Source: Candidatus Poribacteria bacterium
GTDB lineage: Bacteria > Poribacteria > WGA-4E > JAJDTR01
Direction of reading: 5' to 3'
DNA: 64,000 nt
Assembly: GCA_965222225.1 (NCBI GenBank)
Contig: CBDCTK010000002.1
Span: 5,280,001 to 5,344,000 of the forward strand
The number at the start of each line of letters is the position of its first letter. The first letter of the stretch is position 1. Under the pieces are notes generated by a model. That model ran no database searches. It had not been told where the DNA came from and saw only the letters and a program-made list of their open reading frames with translations. Shown here in pieces: positions 10,757 through 19,589 of this stretch. Both the position numbers and the translations under genes were made by a program.

Positions 10757-10831
10757 TGTGGGTACATCCCCGAACAATCCGGTGAAAGATGGCGCATCGG
10801 AGACAGAGTTACGTCAAATAGGAAACAGATC

Positions 10832-11917
10832 TTGGTTGAAACGCATAACTTCACCGCAAGCCACCTTCATGCAATCACCCGGCAGATTTTCATGGGGGCA
10901 GGGGCGCCCCGCCATATCGCCGACAGCGTGGCAGGAGTCTTGGTCAATGCGAATCTTTCGGGACACGACTCGCACGGCGTCCTCCGTATCCCGCAGTACT
11001 TCGGTTGGATAGCCGACGGTTCCTTGCAGCCCGCTGCCGAGCCAAGGGTGGTGAAAGAGACGCCAAATTCGCTGCTGGTAGATGGAGGTCAAGGGTTTGG
11101 ACACTATGCCTCCCTAAAGACTATCCACATGGCAATCGAGAAAGCGCAGACCGGTAATGTGGCATGTGCCAACCTCGTTCACATGAGCCACATCGGGCGG
11201 TTGGGGGAATACGCGGAGGCCGCGGCGCGCGCGGGCTGCATCGGCATCATTACGTGCGGTGTCGGCCTTGGTTGTACGACCCCCACTCGCGTTGTGCCTT
11301 TCGGCGGGGCGATTGGCAAGCTAGACACAAATGCGATTGCCATCGGTGTTCCGACGGGCGCCGAGGCGCCGTTTATCGCCGATTTTGCGACAAGTGTCGT
11401 AGCTGAGGGAAAAGTTCGAGTCGCCCTCAGCAAAAATCTCGATCTCGCGGAAGGCTGCATCCTTGATAAATACGGCAACGCGACCGTTAAGCCCGCCGAC
11501 TTTTTCGACGGTGGCTGGTTACTCCCGCTCGGGAGGCACAAAGGCTACGCGCTTTCGTTAATAACGTGTCTCTTGGGAGGATTGTCACCTGACATTGACC
11601 TCGGAGTAGACGGCATGAACGGCGCGTTTATGCAGGTGATAAACGTTCAAGCCTTTACGCCATTAGAGGTCTATCAGCGGGCAGTACGCGCGTTCCTTGG
11701 TGGCATGAGGGAGACGCCCCCGGCACCTGGGTTTGATGAGGTGTTGGTACCTGGCGATCTGTCGCATCGCCGCCGCGTAGAGCGGCTAACCAACGGCATT
11801 GAGTTGCCGGAGACAACGCATCGACATATTCAAGACGCCGCCGCGCAATTGGGCGTCTCCTTGTCCGAAGATATCGTTGAGACGAAGGACATTGAGCAGT
11901 ATCAAGCGGTTTCATAA
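10832..11917 (+). CDS. Ldh_2 family oxidoreductase, tandem paralog
   Basis: Same motifs; colinear with 9677-10756 along its full length. Confidence 0.92.
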   Translation: MVETHNFTASHLHAITRQIFMGAGAPRHIADSVAGVLVNANLSGHDSHGVLRIPQYFGWIADGSLQPAAEPRVVKETPNSLLVDGGQGFGHYASLKTIHMAIEKAQTGNVACANLVHMSHIGRLGEYAEAAARAGCIGIITCGVGLGCTTPTRVVPFGGAIGKLDTNAIAIGVPTGAEAPFIADFATSVVAEGKVRVALSKNLDLAEGCILDKYGNATVKPADFFDGGWLLPLGRHKGYALSLITCLLGGLSPDIDLGVDGMNGAFMQVINVQAFTPLEVYQRAVRAFLGGMRETPPAPGFDEVLVPGDLSHRRRVERLTNGIELPETTHRHIQDAAAQLGVSLSEDIVETKDIEQYQAVS

Positions 11918-12169
11918 GAGAAAACTAACTTAGCTAAAGGGATTCACTAACATCGTCTAGTAGTGAATGCTTCGTTGTAAATGCATTTCTTAGGCGCCAA
12001 TCCATCTTAATCACATCACCGAAACGTACCTGCCAACAGGATGCTGATTCGACAAAGCGTTCTTGTTCCAACTCAATCCGGTCTGCGGTTTCCCTAGAGA
12101 TTGAGTTCTTTCCTCCGCAGACAGGTCAGTACGCGGCGCGCGATAGGAGATCGCACATGAGAGCCGGAG

Positions 12170-12487
12170 TTGCCGTTGGAGATTAGCGCCGTCATGCTGG
12201 TAACGGAATGGTGCCTCGCAACGCTGCAATACGAGATGTTCTGCGAGTACGAGCTGTGGGTTGATGAAAATGCGCCGTTTGACTACACGATGACCTTTGC
12301 CTACACAAATAGCGAAAAGACGTATGTCGGAATGGACGAGGAGTTGGCGCGAGACGAAAAAGGCGGTTGCGAGGTGGGTTCTTTCCCCTCACTGTGGGCG
12401 CACAATGTGCGTTCGCTGCATACCTCGCTTGCCGTTGGAATTGAGGGAATGATTAAAGACGGAATCGCATCACTTTTGGAGGATTGA
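12170..12487 (+). pseudogene. C-terminal fragment of a neutral/alkaline ceramidase-like hypothetical protein
   Basis: EMFCEYEL...FAYTN...YV...GGCE resembles the C-terminus of this family; no N-terminal part present. Confidence 0.45.
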
Positions 12488-12518
12488 GAGACAGTCCGAT
12501 AAAGAGGAGTTAGAAACC

Positions 12519-12764
12519 ATGGTACAGACAATGGCTGAGCATCTCATTGAACAAGGTGAAAAACGCGGTGAGACACGAGGTGAAACACGAGCGAAACAAG
12601 CAGCAGTCGTCAAACTGCTGCAGTTGAGATTTAATGAGGTTCCCGAATCCGTTACCAACCAGATTACCTTGATACAGGATTTCTCCCGTCTTGATGCGCC
12701 GTTTGAGAAAGCACTGGCTGCACGGACGCTGGATGAAATTGATTTGCAAAACCACGATGGCTAA
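12519..12764 (+). pseudogene. Rpn/YhgA-like (DUF4351-type) C-terminal fragment
   Basis: MVQTMAEHLIEQGEKRGETRGETR...LLQLRFNEVP...ARTLDEI. Confidence 0.7.
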
Positions 12765-12879
12765 GAACTTACGGAACAGGCTCTCAGCGTTAGCAGTTCC
12801 GGCAGTCAAGCATGGCGTTGTAATGGAACTCACGGTTGTCTTCACGGCAGAAGTCGATTAATCTTGATAAATTTCGAAA

Positions 12880-15800
12880 ATGGACATCATCCAGGAACTC
12901 AATGAGAAACAGGGACAGGCGGTAACCGATAAAGACGGCGCAATTTTGGTTGTGGCAGGTCCGGGCACGGGCAAAACAATGGTTATCACCCACAGAATCG
13001 CCCACCTCATCCACCACCACGGCGTGCCGCCGGAGCAAATCCTCGCTGTCACCTTTACCAATAAAGCCGCGCAAGAAATGCTCGACCGAATCAAGGATTT
13101 ACTCGGCACAACCCAGGGATTAGACGTTAAGATTCATACCTTCCACGCCTTCTGCGTTGGCTTGCTGCGAGAACACGCGCAGGAAATCGGGTTAAACAAG
13201 AACTTTACGATTTTCGATCAGGAGACACAGAATGAAGTCCTGATTGAATGCCTGCGAGAGTTGAAACTGAACCGACTCGACTACCCGCCCTGGCAGTTGC
13301 GCGACATCATCGGGGGGTATAAGGTGAAGTTGGAAAATCCGCTCGCTGCAGACGGTGAAATGCCCGAGATTCGTACAAGAGATGGCGACGTGATTGACGA
13401 CCCGTCCGCCATCCAAAATATCGTCGACCTAATCAAAGCATATCGGAGCAAACTCGCCGCCCATTCCGCCCTCGACTTTGATGATCTGCTCTCCAAGACT
13501 GTCGAAGTGCTTCAGAAAACACCCACCGTCCGTGCAAAATACCATCGCGACATCCGCTATATCCTAGTCGATGAATATCAGGACATCAATGCCGTCCAGT
13601 ATGAACTTCTGAAATTATTGTGCCGCGTACCCGAGCGTAATTTGATGGTAGTCGCCGATGAAAATCAGTCGATTTATAGTTGGCGTGGCTCCATGCCGGA
13701 ATACATAGAGAAATTCAAGACCGATTTCCAACCAACCGTCGTGGCATTGGAAGAGCACTATCGTTGTACCGAGAAAATTCTGCGGGCGGCACAGACGGTG
13801 ATTTCCAAGAATACCCGCCAGGAAAGGAGTACCCTGAAGACACATCGGGGCGCGGGGCACTCCCTTTTCCACTATACATTGGGTGATCCAAACGAAGAGG
13901 CGTCGCACATTGCCAGGCTCATCCGCCAACTCGTAAATGAACGGCACTACTCTTATGGAGATATCGCCATCTTTTACCGGACGCATCAGCTCGCGGAGGC
14001 GCTGGCGGATCGGTTATATTACGAGGGGATTCAGTTTCAGCGTGTCGGACGAGAAAACTCGTTCCAAGAGACACACGCACAAGATATTTCGTCCTATCTA
14101 AGTTTTATCCAGTGGCGCCTCCCGCGCGATCTTGAACGGGCGCTCAATTTTCCGCAACAGTTGATTGACGATCTTACGCTCGCGCGGCTCAAATGGTTGG
14201 CGCAGCGTGATAAACTGACGCTGGTTGAACTGCTCGAAAAGATTGAAAACTATCCGGAAGATGTTGGCCCCTTGACACGCCGGAACATCCGCCAGTTCCT
14301 CGGAGAAATTGATGCCTTTGCCGAAGAAATCAGAGGCGAAAAAATTGCCAAAGTTGTGTCGAAACTGTTTAATCTGCTTGAAAGCCGTCGCTCGTCCTAT
14401 CGCGATGAAGAGATTCGACAAATTGAAGAGTGGGACGAAATCCCATATCTCAGGGTGGCTGCGGACGCTTTGTACAGCGCGATACAGCGCGGTGAGTCGG
14501 TGCGAATCACGGCTACCAATGAGATTGATTCCTGCTGTGCCGCACACATCGTTCATCAGACAATGGAGCACTATCTTGACTGCGACGTTTGTATAGAATT
14601 TTTGCCCTTGGAGGACGAAATACCCGAAATCGACAACGATAGCATAAATGTAATGATTGGTCGGTTTTCGGCTTTGCCCGAGGCAACTGGAACAGTAATT
14701 CTCATCGCATCCGAGCCAGAGTACAGCGCGAATGTGATTCAGTTAGGACGAAACGAAGAGCCGGATAAAAATCCGGAAATTGCCAAGAGTGTCATCGCGC
14801 TGAAACTATGTCAGCGAGTGGTTGGCTACTTTGAAACCCCGAATTTCGCCGACATGATTGTCTACGACCTCGAAACCACCGACTACAATCACAGGCGGGC
14901 GGAGATTGTCGAAATCGCCGCCAAGCGGCTCAGCATTATCGGGAGTGAACTCGAACGATACCATCAATTGGTCAAACCCTCGCGCGCTATTCCCGCGTCG
15001 AGCACCCGCGTTCACGGTATCGACAACGAAACGGTCAAAAATGAACCGAGTATCGAAGCGGTGCTTCCAAGCTTTCTCAGTTTTATCCAAGACCGCATTC
15101 TCATCGGTCATAATGTAATTGAGTTTGACAATATGGTCTTGGAACGCGAACTCAGGCGATTGGATATCGGCTTATCAAACCCTTGCTACGATACCCTCGT
15201 CACCGCTCAACGGCTTTATCCGCGCGAGTCCTGTAAACTTGAGGCGCTTTCTGAAAAATTCGGTATTGAACACGATACCATGCACCGAGCGATTGAGGAC
15301 GTACAGGTGAACCACCGTGTGTTTGAGGAGCTAATCAAGGTTAATCTCCGCCATCGCGAGGTGCGCTCATTGACAGAGTTTTTGCCGTTTGTGGGAGTCG
15401 GGATCCTCGCAAGTCGGGCGGGGCGCTGGGAAACTGAAGGCTCTGAGAATGCCCTGAACGATGAACAACCGTCGGATGCCATAGGAGCCTTTCTTCAAGC
15501 ATCTGCACGATACGTGCAACACCATCGTCCTGAGGCGGGTAAGTTGTTGTCATCCATGGGATCTACGGAGATAGAGAAAATTGGAGAATTTTTTCAAACA
15601 CTCCGAAAAACCACGCTCCCGAATTTTCCGGAAGATGGAGATTGGGAAAATAGGCGGGCAAAATTCATGAACGGCGTTATACAATTCGAGAGGAATAGCC
15701 GTGAAAAGGAAATTTCTGGTTTCCTTGATTATCAAAAGTTAATCAATAGCGCCGACGAAACAGAGAGCGAAACCGACAAGATTACGTTGATGACCCTTCA

Positions 15801-16068
15801 TGCGGCAAAGGGAACAGAGTTTCGAGTGGTCATCGTGACAGGAATGGAAGAGGGAACGTTCCCCATTAGGCGCAAAGACCAGTCGTTGGCGGAAATTGAA
15901 GAAGAACGCCGATTGTTCTATGTCGGCATGACGCGAGCCAAGGATCGACTCTATCTCACCTCTGTTGTCCGTCGTCACGGCGATTTAGAACGCGTGCCCT
16001 CCATGTTCACTCGCGAAATTCCATCGAACCTTATCAATCGATGGTCGCCGCGCGGTTTGAGGCATTGA
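12880..16068 (+). CDS. UvrD/PcrA-family helicase with inserted degenerate RecJ-like segment and DEDDh exonuclease
   Basis: AGPGTGKT, DEYQD, LMTLHAAKGTEF, EERRLFYVGMTRA; internal VYDLETT / IGHNVIEFD / HRAIEDV. Confidence 0.92.
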   Translation: MDIIQELNEKQGQAVTDKDGAILVVAGPGTGKTMVITHRIAHLIHHHGVPPEQILAVTFTNKAAQEMLDRIKDLLGTTQGLDVKIHTFHAFCVGLLREHAQEIGLNKNFTIFDQETQNEVLIECLRELKLNRLDYPPWQLRDIIGGYKVKLENPLAADGEMPEIRTRDGDVIDDPSAIQNIVDLIKAYRSKLAAHSALDFDDLLSKTVEVLQKTPTVRAKYHRDIRYILVDEYQDINAVQYELLKLLCRVPERNLMVVADENQSIYSWRGSMPEYIEKFKTDFQPTVVALEEHYRCTEKILRAAQTVISKNTRQERSTLKTHRGAGHSLFHYTLGDPNEEASHIARLIRQLVNERHYSYGDIAIFYRTHQLAEALADRLYYEGIQFQRVGRENSFQETHAQDISSYLSFIQWRLPRDLERALNFPQQLIDDLTLARLKWLAQRDKLTLVELLEKIENYPEDVGPLTRRNIRQFLGEIDAFAEEIRGEKIAKVVSKLFNLLESRRSSYRDEEIRQIEEWDEIPYLRVAADALYSAIQRGESVRITATNEIDSCCAAHIVHQTMEHYLDCDVCIEFLPLEDEIPEIDNDSINVMIGRFSALPEATGTVILIASEPEYSANVIQLGRNEEPDKNPEIAKSVIALKLCQRVVGYFETPNFADMIVYDLETTDYNHRRAEIVEIAAKRLSIIGSELERYHQLVKPSRAIPASSTRVHGIDNETVKNEPSIEAVLPSFLSFIQDRILIGHNVIEFDNMVLERELRRLDIGLSNPCYDTLVTAQRLYPRESCKLEALSEKFGIEHDTMHRAIEDVQVNHRVFEELIKVNLRHREVRSLTEFLPFVGVGILASRAGRWETEGSENALNDEQPSDAIGAFLQASARYVQHHRPEAGKLLSSMGSTEIEKIGEFFQTLRKTTLPNFPEDGDWENRRAKFMNGVIQFERNSREKEISGFLDYQKLINSADETESETDKITLMTLHAAKGTEFRVVIVTGMEEGTFPIRRKDQSLAEIEEERRLFYVGMTRAKDRLYLTSVVRRHGDLERVPSMFTREIPSNLINRWSPRGLRH

Positions 16069-16127
16069 TTTACATCCAAACTGTCCTTGAGAGTATTCGC
16101 ACATAGGTATGTTATATTTCGCCACCT

Positions 16128-16200
16128 GTAGGAGCGATCTCCCGATCGCGACCTCCTGTTACGACAAAATTCAGGAATCGCGAGCAAAACTCGCTCCTAC
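16128..16200 (+). repeat. Inverted REP pair, GTAGGAGCGATCTCCCGATCGCGAC family
   Basis: GTAGGAGCGA...TCGCTCCTAC; related copies at 23663, 29464, 29650, 31044 and 59340. Confidence 0.85.
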
Positions 16201-16302
16201 TGAAAACGCACAGTGAACTGCAGTATTACAAACCGAAGTTTGTAAGTTTTATCTTCGGTTAGATTTACCAAACGTCTCAGCGTTTCACGCGGAAGAATCA
16301 GC

Positions 16303-17073
16303 ATGTTCGACTTACAGAACAGAGTTGCGTTCATCACCGGCGGAGCGCGTGGGATTGGACGCGGGTGCGCGCTTGAGATGGCAAAATGCGGCGCCGACAT
16401 CGTCATCTACGACAAGGGGAATCGGGAGGCGGCAGCGGAAACCGTCGAAATGATTCGCCAAGTTGGCGGAGAGGCGATTATTGTGGTTGGTGATGTTACT
16501 GATCGGAATGCTGTGGAGGCGGGCGTTCAACAAAGCATTGACCGTTTCGGCAAGATTGACATCCTCGTAAGCAACGCCGGAAGCAGTATCCGAAACCCAT
16601 TTCTGGAACTCTCCGCTGAGGACGCCGCTCAAACGATTAATGTTTGCATGTGGGGAGTGTTCCATTGCACTCAGATTGTTGCAAGGCACATGGTCGCGCG
16701 TGATGGAGGCGGAAAGATCCTAATCATCAGTTCCGTCCACGCCTTCATTCCGTTTGGGAATTCCGTTCCGTACAACACGGCGAAAGCGGGCATCATCAAC
16801 ATGGGAAACACAATAGCAACCGAGCTCGCACAACATCGCATCAACGTGAACGTCATTGAGCCCGGTTGGACGGACACACCCGGAGAACGGAACTATTCGA
16901 CCCGGGAGGAGCAGCGGGAAGGCGCGAAGAAATTACCTTGGGGACGGCTGGGAACGATTGAGGATATTGGGAAGTCGGCTGCGTTTCTGTGTTCGGACGC
17001 AGCCGACTACATCACCGGCGCCACGCTCCGCGTTGACGGCGGATACTGGTTGCCACGGTATCCGTCAGAGTAG
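16303..17073 (+). CDS. SDR family oxidoreductase
   Basis: TGGARGIG, NAG, YNTAK, VDGG. Confidence 0.93.
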   Translation: MFDLQNRVAFITGGARGIGRGCALEMAKCGADIVIYDKGNREAAAETVEMIRQVGGEAIIVVGDVTDRNAVEAGVQQSIDRFGKIDILVSNAGSSIRNPFLELSAEDAAQTINVCMWGVFHCTQIVARHMVARDGGGKILIISSVHAFIPFGNSVPYNTAKAGIINMGNTIATELAQHRINVNVIEPGWTDTPGERNYSTREEQREGAKKLPWGRLGTIEDIGKSAAFLCSDAADYITGATLRVDGGYWLPRYPSE

Positions 17074-17106
17074 AAGACCATAGGATAGGTTGTCGAGATA
17101 CTGCAC

Positions 17107-17182
17107 GATCAAGCGAGCGAATAGCGAGTGCGATAGAGATCCTAAGGCGATAGTAAATCCCTTAGTGAGGGCGATAGAAATC
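17107..17182 (+). repeat. Hypervariable cassette (consensus-like copy 17107-17142) plus two 3' remnants
   Basis: GATCAAGCGAGCGAATAGCGAGTGCGATAGAGATCC, then AAGGCGATAGTAAATCC and TAGTGAGGGCGATAGAAATC. Confidence 0.88.
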
Positions 17183-17234
17183 ACCTCATTGCGCGTCTCG
17201 AATCGGCTGTAACATTTGGATTTTTGAAATCGTA

Positions 17235-18281
17235 TTAAACCTCCGGTACCGGGACACGATAGGATTCGGCAATTTCTACCAAACGCTTCCAGGTTTTCTC
17301 TTCGATTGGAATCCCTTCCTTCATGCGTTGGGCGCGGCTATGCGCCTCAAATTCGCCGGGAACGTAGATTTCATCCACGCCGGGAAGCCTGTTCGAGGAT
17401 TTGACCCACTCAACCATATACTCTATCTCCTCGGTGTAGGTGTCGAGATCGATGAAATCCTGTATTTTCATGACAATCATCACAATTCCGCTCCCGCCGC
17501 GAGTTGGTTCGTCGCGGCTGCACCCCGCCCATGAGAGTCCACCGGCAATTGCATCAATCATGAATCCCAAACCAAAACCTTTATGCCCGAATTGGAAGCC
17601 CCCCAGCGGCATCACCGCCGTATCCTCTACCCTGTCATTAAACGCGCTCGGATCCGTAACCGGGTTACCCTCCGAATCAATCATCCAGCCCTCCGGCATC
17701 TCCTGGTCGCGTGCCGATTTGATGGCGATTTTGCCGCCAGCCACGACGCTAAGCGTCATATCAAGCATTAGCGGTTCACCGTGCTTGCGAGGGACGGCAA
17801 TCGCTATTGGATTGGGGGGCAACCGTCGTGAAGTTCCCCCGAACGGGTGCATGAAGCGGTTGCCGCCGTTGAGCAGGACGATACCAATCATCCCTTCCTC
17901 CGCAGCCTGAGGTGGGTAGGTTCCCATACGTCCGGCATGACCGCAGTTGTATAGCGCTACTGCTCCCAGCGTTCTCGATTTCGCCTTTTCGATGGCGAGA
18001 TCCATGGCTTTCTTCGCCGCCACCATGCCAAGCGCATCGTTGACATTGATAACGGCGCTGGCGGGGGTTTCACGGACAATTTCCATCCGCTCCTCCGACG
18101 GTCCCGCTTTCATCGTGTCTATGTAAAAATCGGTGCGCATCACGCCGTGCGAGTCGTGACCCATAAGATTGGAATCGCAGAGGTGATCGCTGACAATTCG
18201 CGCATCCTCCTCCACCGCGCCGACGTTGATATAGATGTTGTACACCATCTCCTTAAGTGCTGCGTATGGAACATGAACCAT
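17235..18281 (-). CDS. Ldh_2 family oxidoreductase (third paralog)
   Basis: GHDSHGV, GHAGRMG, PNPIAIA, GHKGFGL. Confidence 0.9.
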   Translation of the reverse strand: MVHVPYAALKEMVYNIYINVGAVEEDARIVSDHLCDSNLMGHDSHGVMRTDFYIDTMKAGPSEERMEIVRETPASAVINVNDALGMVAAKKAMDLAIEKAKSRTLGAVALYNCGHAGRMGTYPPQAAEEGMIGIVLLNGGNRFMHPFGGTSRRLPPNPIAIAVPRKHGEPLMLDMTLSVVAGGKIAIKSARDQEMPEGWMIDSEGNPVTDPSAFNDRVEDTAVMPLGGFQFGHKGFGLGFMIDAIAGGLSWAGCSRDEPTRGGSGIVMIVMKIQDFIDLDTYTEEIEYMVEWVKSSNRLPGVDEIYVPGEFEAHSRAQRMKEGIPIEEKTWKRLVEIAESYRVPVPEV

Positions 18282-18398
18282 AAAAATTTCTCCCTTCACA
18301 GTAGTAGGCATACTCCGTATGCCGTACTCCGCCTTCCTTGTAAAGTCCTAAAATAGGTTTACAGATTTTATTACGCATTACTCTTCACGTATTACCCC

Positions 18399-18584
18399 TT
18401 AAATTACCGGCACGATTTCTACGTCCGAACGTTTGGCGAACTGATCAACCGCACCGTTGAAAACACCTCTGCTGCCACGAACCAAATCCTCGCCGCGAGT
18501 CACGCTAAAGTTCTCATACGTCGTAGGATTGGGGTGAGACGAATTGGTTTCCTGAAAGTAGTGGGCAACAATGATTTTAGGCGT
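18399..18584 (-). pseudogene. N-terminal remnant of an M81 (MlrC) metallopeptidase
   Basis: Own translation PKIIVAHYFQETNSSHPNPTTYENF...VEIVPVI*; start codon reads ACG after AAGGAG. Confidence 0.6.
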
Positions 18585-18639
18585 GACGTTCTCCTTGATT
18601 CAGGTTCGGGTTCCTGATACCAATTTCATTCATCAACTG

Positions 18640-18853
18640 TGTTAACTCCAAGTTGATTTAGGGCTTCCTTCAAAAGAAGATTTTTCAGTCCATCGGACCC
18701 GTACGTTCTATCGAAAAACTACACCGCGTCCTTGTTTTCGTCCAATCCTCTGCCACTCAACACTTCCCACAGATCCGCCGCAAAGACCTCTTGGGTGAGT
18801 CTTCCTTCTAAAATATCACTGTGCGGCACAGCAATTGTGTGGAAGGGATTCAT
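18640..18853 (-). pseudogene. N-terminal remnant of a DUF499 ATP-binding protein
   Basis: Own translation MNPFHTIAVPHSDILEGRLTQEVFAADLWEVLSGRG, followed by stop codons. Confidence 0.7.
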
Positions 18854-19196
18854 TTGCGTAGCCCCTTAATCATCTGTTCAATCTTCAGCTTCAGAGCCGG
18901 CATATCTGATTGCACGATTTCCCAAACAATCTCAATATTGTGACATCGAAATATCCGTGAATGAGAATGTCTCTTAAGCCGGCAATTTTTCGCCACTCAA
19001 CACTTGGATACTCCTCTCGAAGGGACTCAGGCACCTGTTTGACAGCTTCACCAATGACTTCAATGTTTTGGATAATCGCGTCAAATCGCATCCGATCAGA
19101 TTCAAACTCCGTGCGAGTGATTCCCTGCATGTACGCTTGAATTCGATTGATTGCTTCTAAAACATCTTCAAGGTAAATCTCATAGTTTCGCGACAT
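18850..19196 (-). pseudogene. HepT/DUF86 HEPN ribonuclease toxin with C-terminal frameshift
   Basis: [25 protein letters not shown] (RX4HXY); the typical tail [17 protein letters not shown] continues in another frame after ~18940. Confidence 0.8.
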
Positions 19197-19503
19197 ATTC
19201 GACTTCTTTTTCGATGTGCGGTCTCAAACCCGGTTTGACAGAATTGGAAATCACCAGGTCAATCTTTTTTTCAAACAAATCTTCAAGGAATATACGTAGC
19301 CCCATGTAATTATCGAATGACAGTTTCTTAAATTCTACGAGCAGGTCAATGTCACTGTCCTCGCGGGCCGCACCATTGACATAAGAACCGAAGAGTCCAA
19401 GCCATTTCACACTGTATTCTTTCAGTGTACCTTGGTGCTTAAGAAGCGTCTGTTCAATTTCGTTTTTGGATAAGATGCTTGGCTTTATCTTTTCCGTTTC
19501 CAT
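19180..19503 (-). CDS. MNT nucleotidyltransferase antitoxin
   Basis: [22 protein letters not shown]; overlaps the HEPN gene. Confidence 0.9.
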   Translation of the reverse strand: METEKIKPSILSKNEIEQTLLKHQGTLKEYSVKWLGLFGSYVNGAAREDSDIDLLVEFKKLSFDNYMGLRIFLEDLFEKKIDLVISNSVKPGLRPHIEKEVEYVAKL

Positions 19504-19589
19504 CTCTGCTTTTCCGCGATTCTACCAGCCTAGCCTTCTTGCGCGTTGAGATAGTCAAATCTCCTCCACGGCGCGAGTCTGCGTCTACC

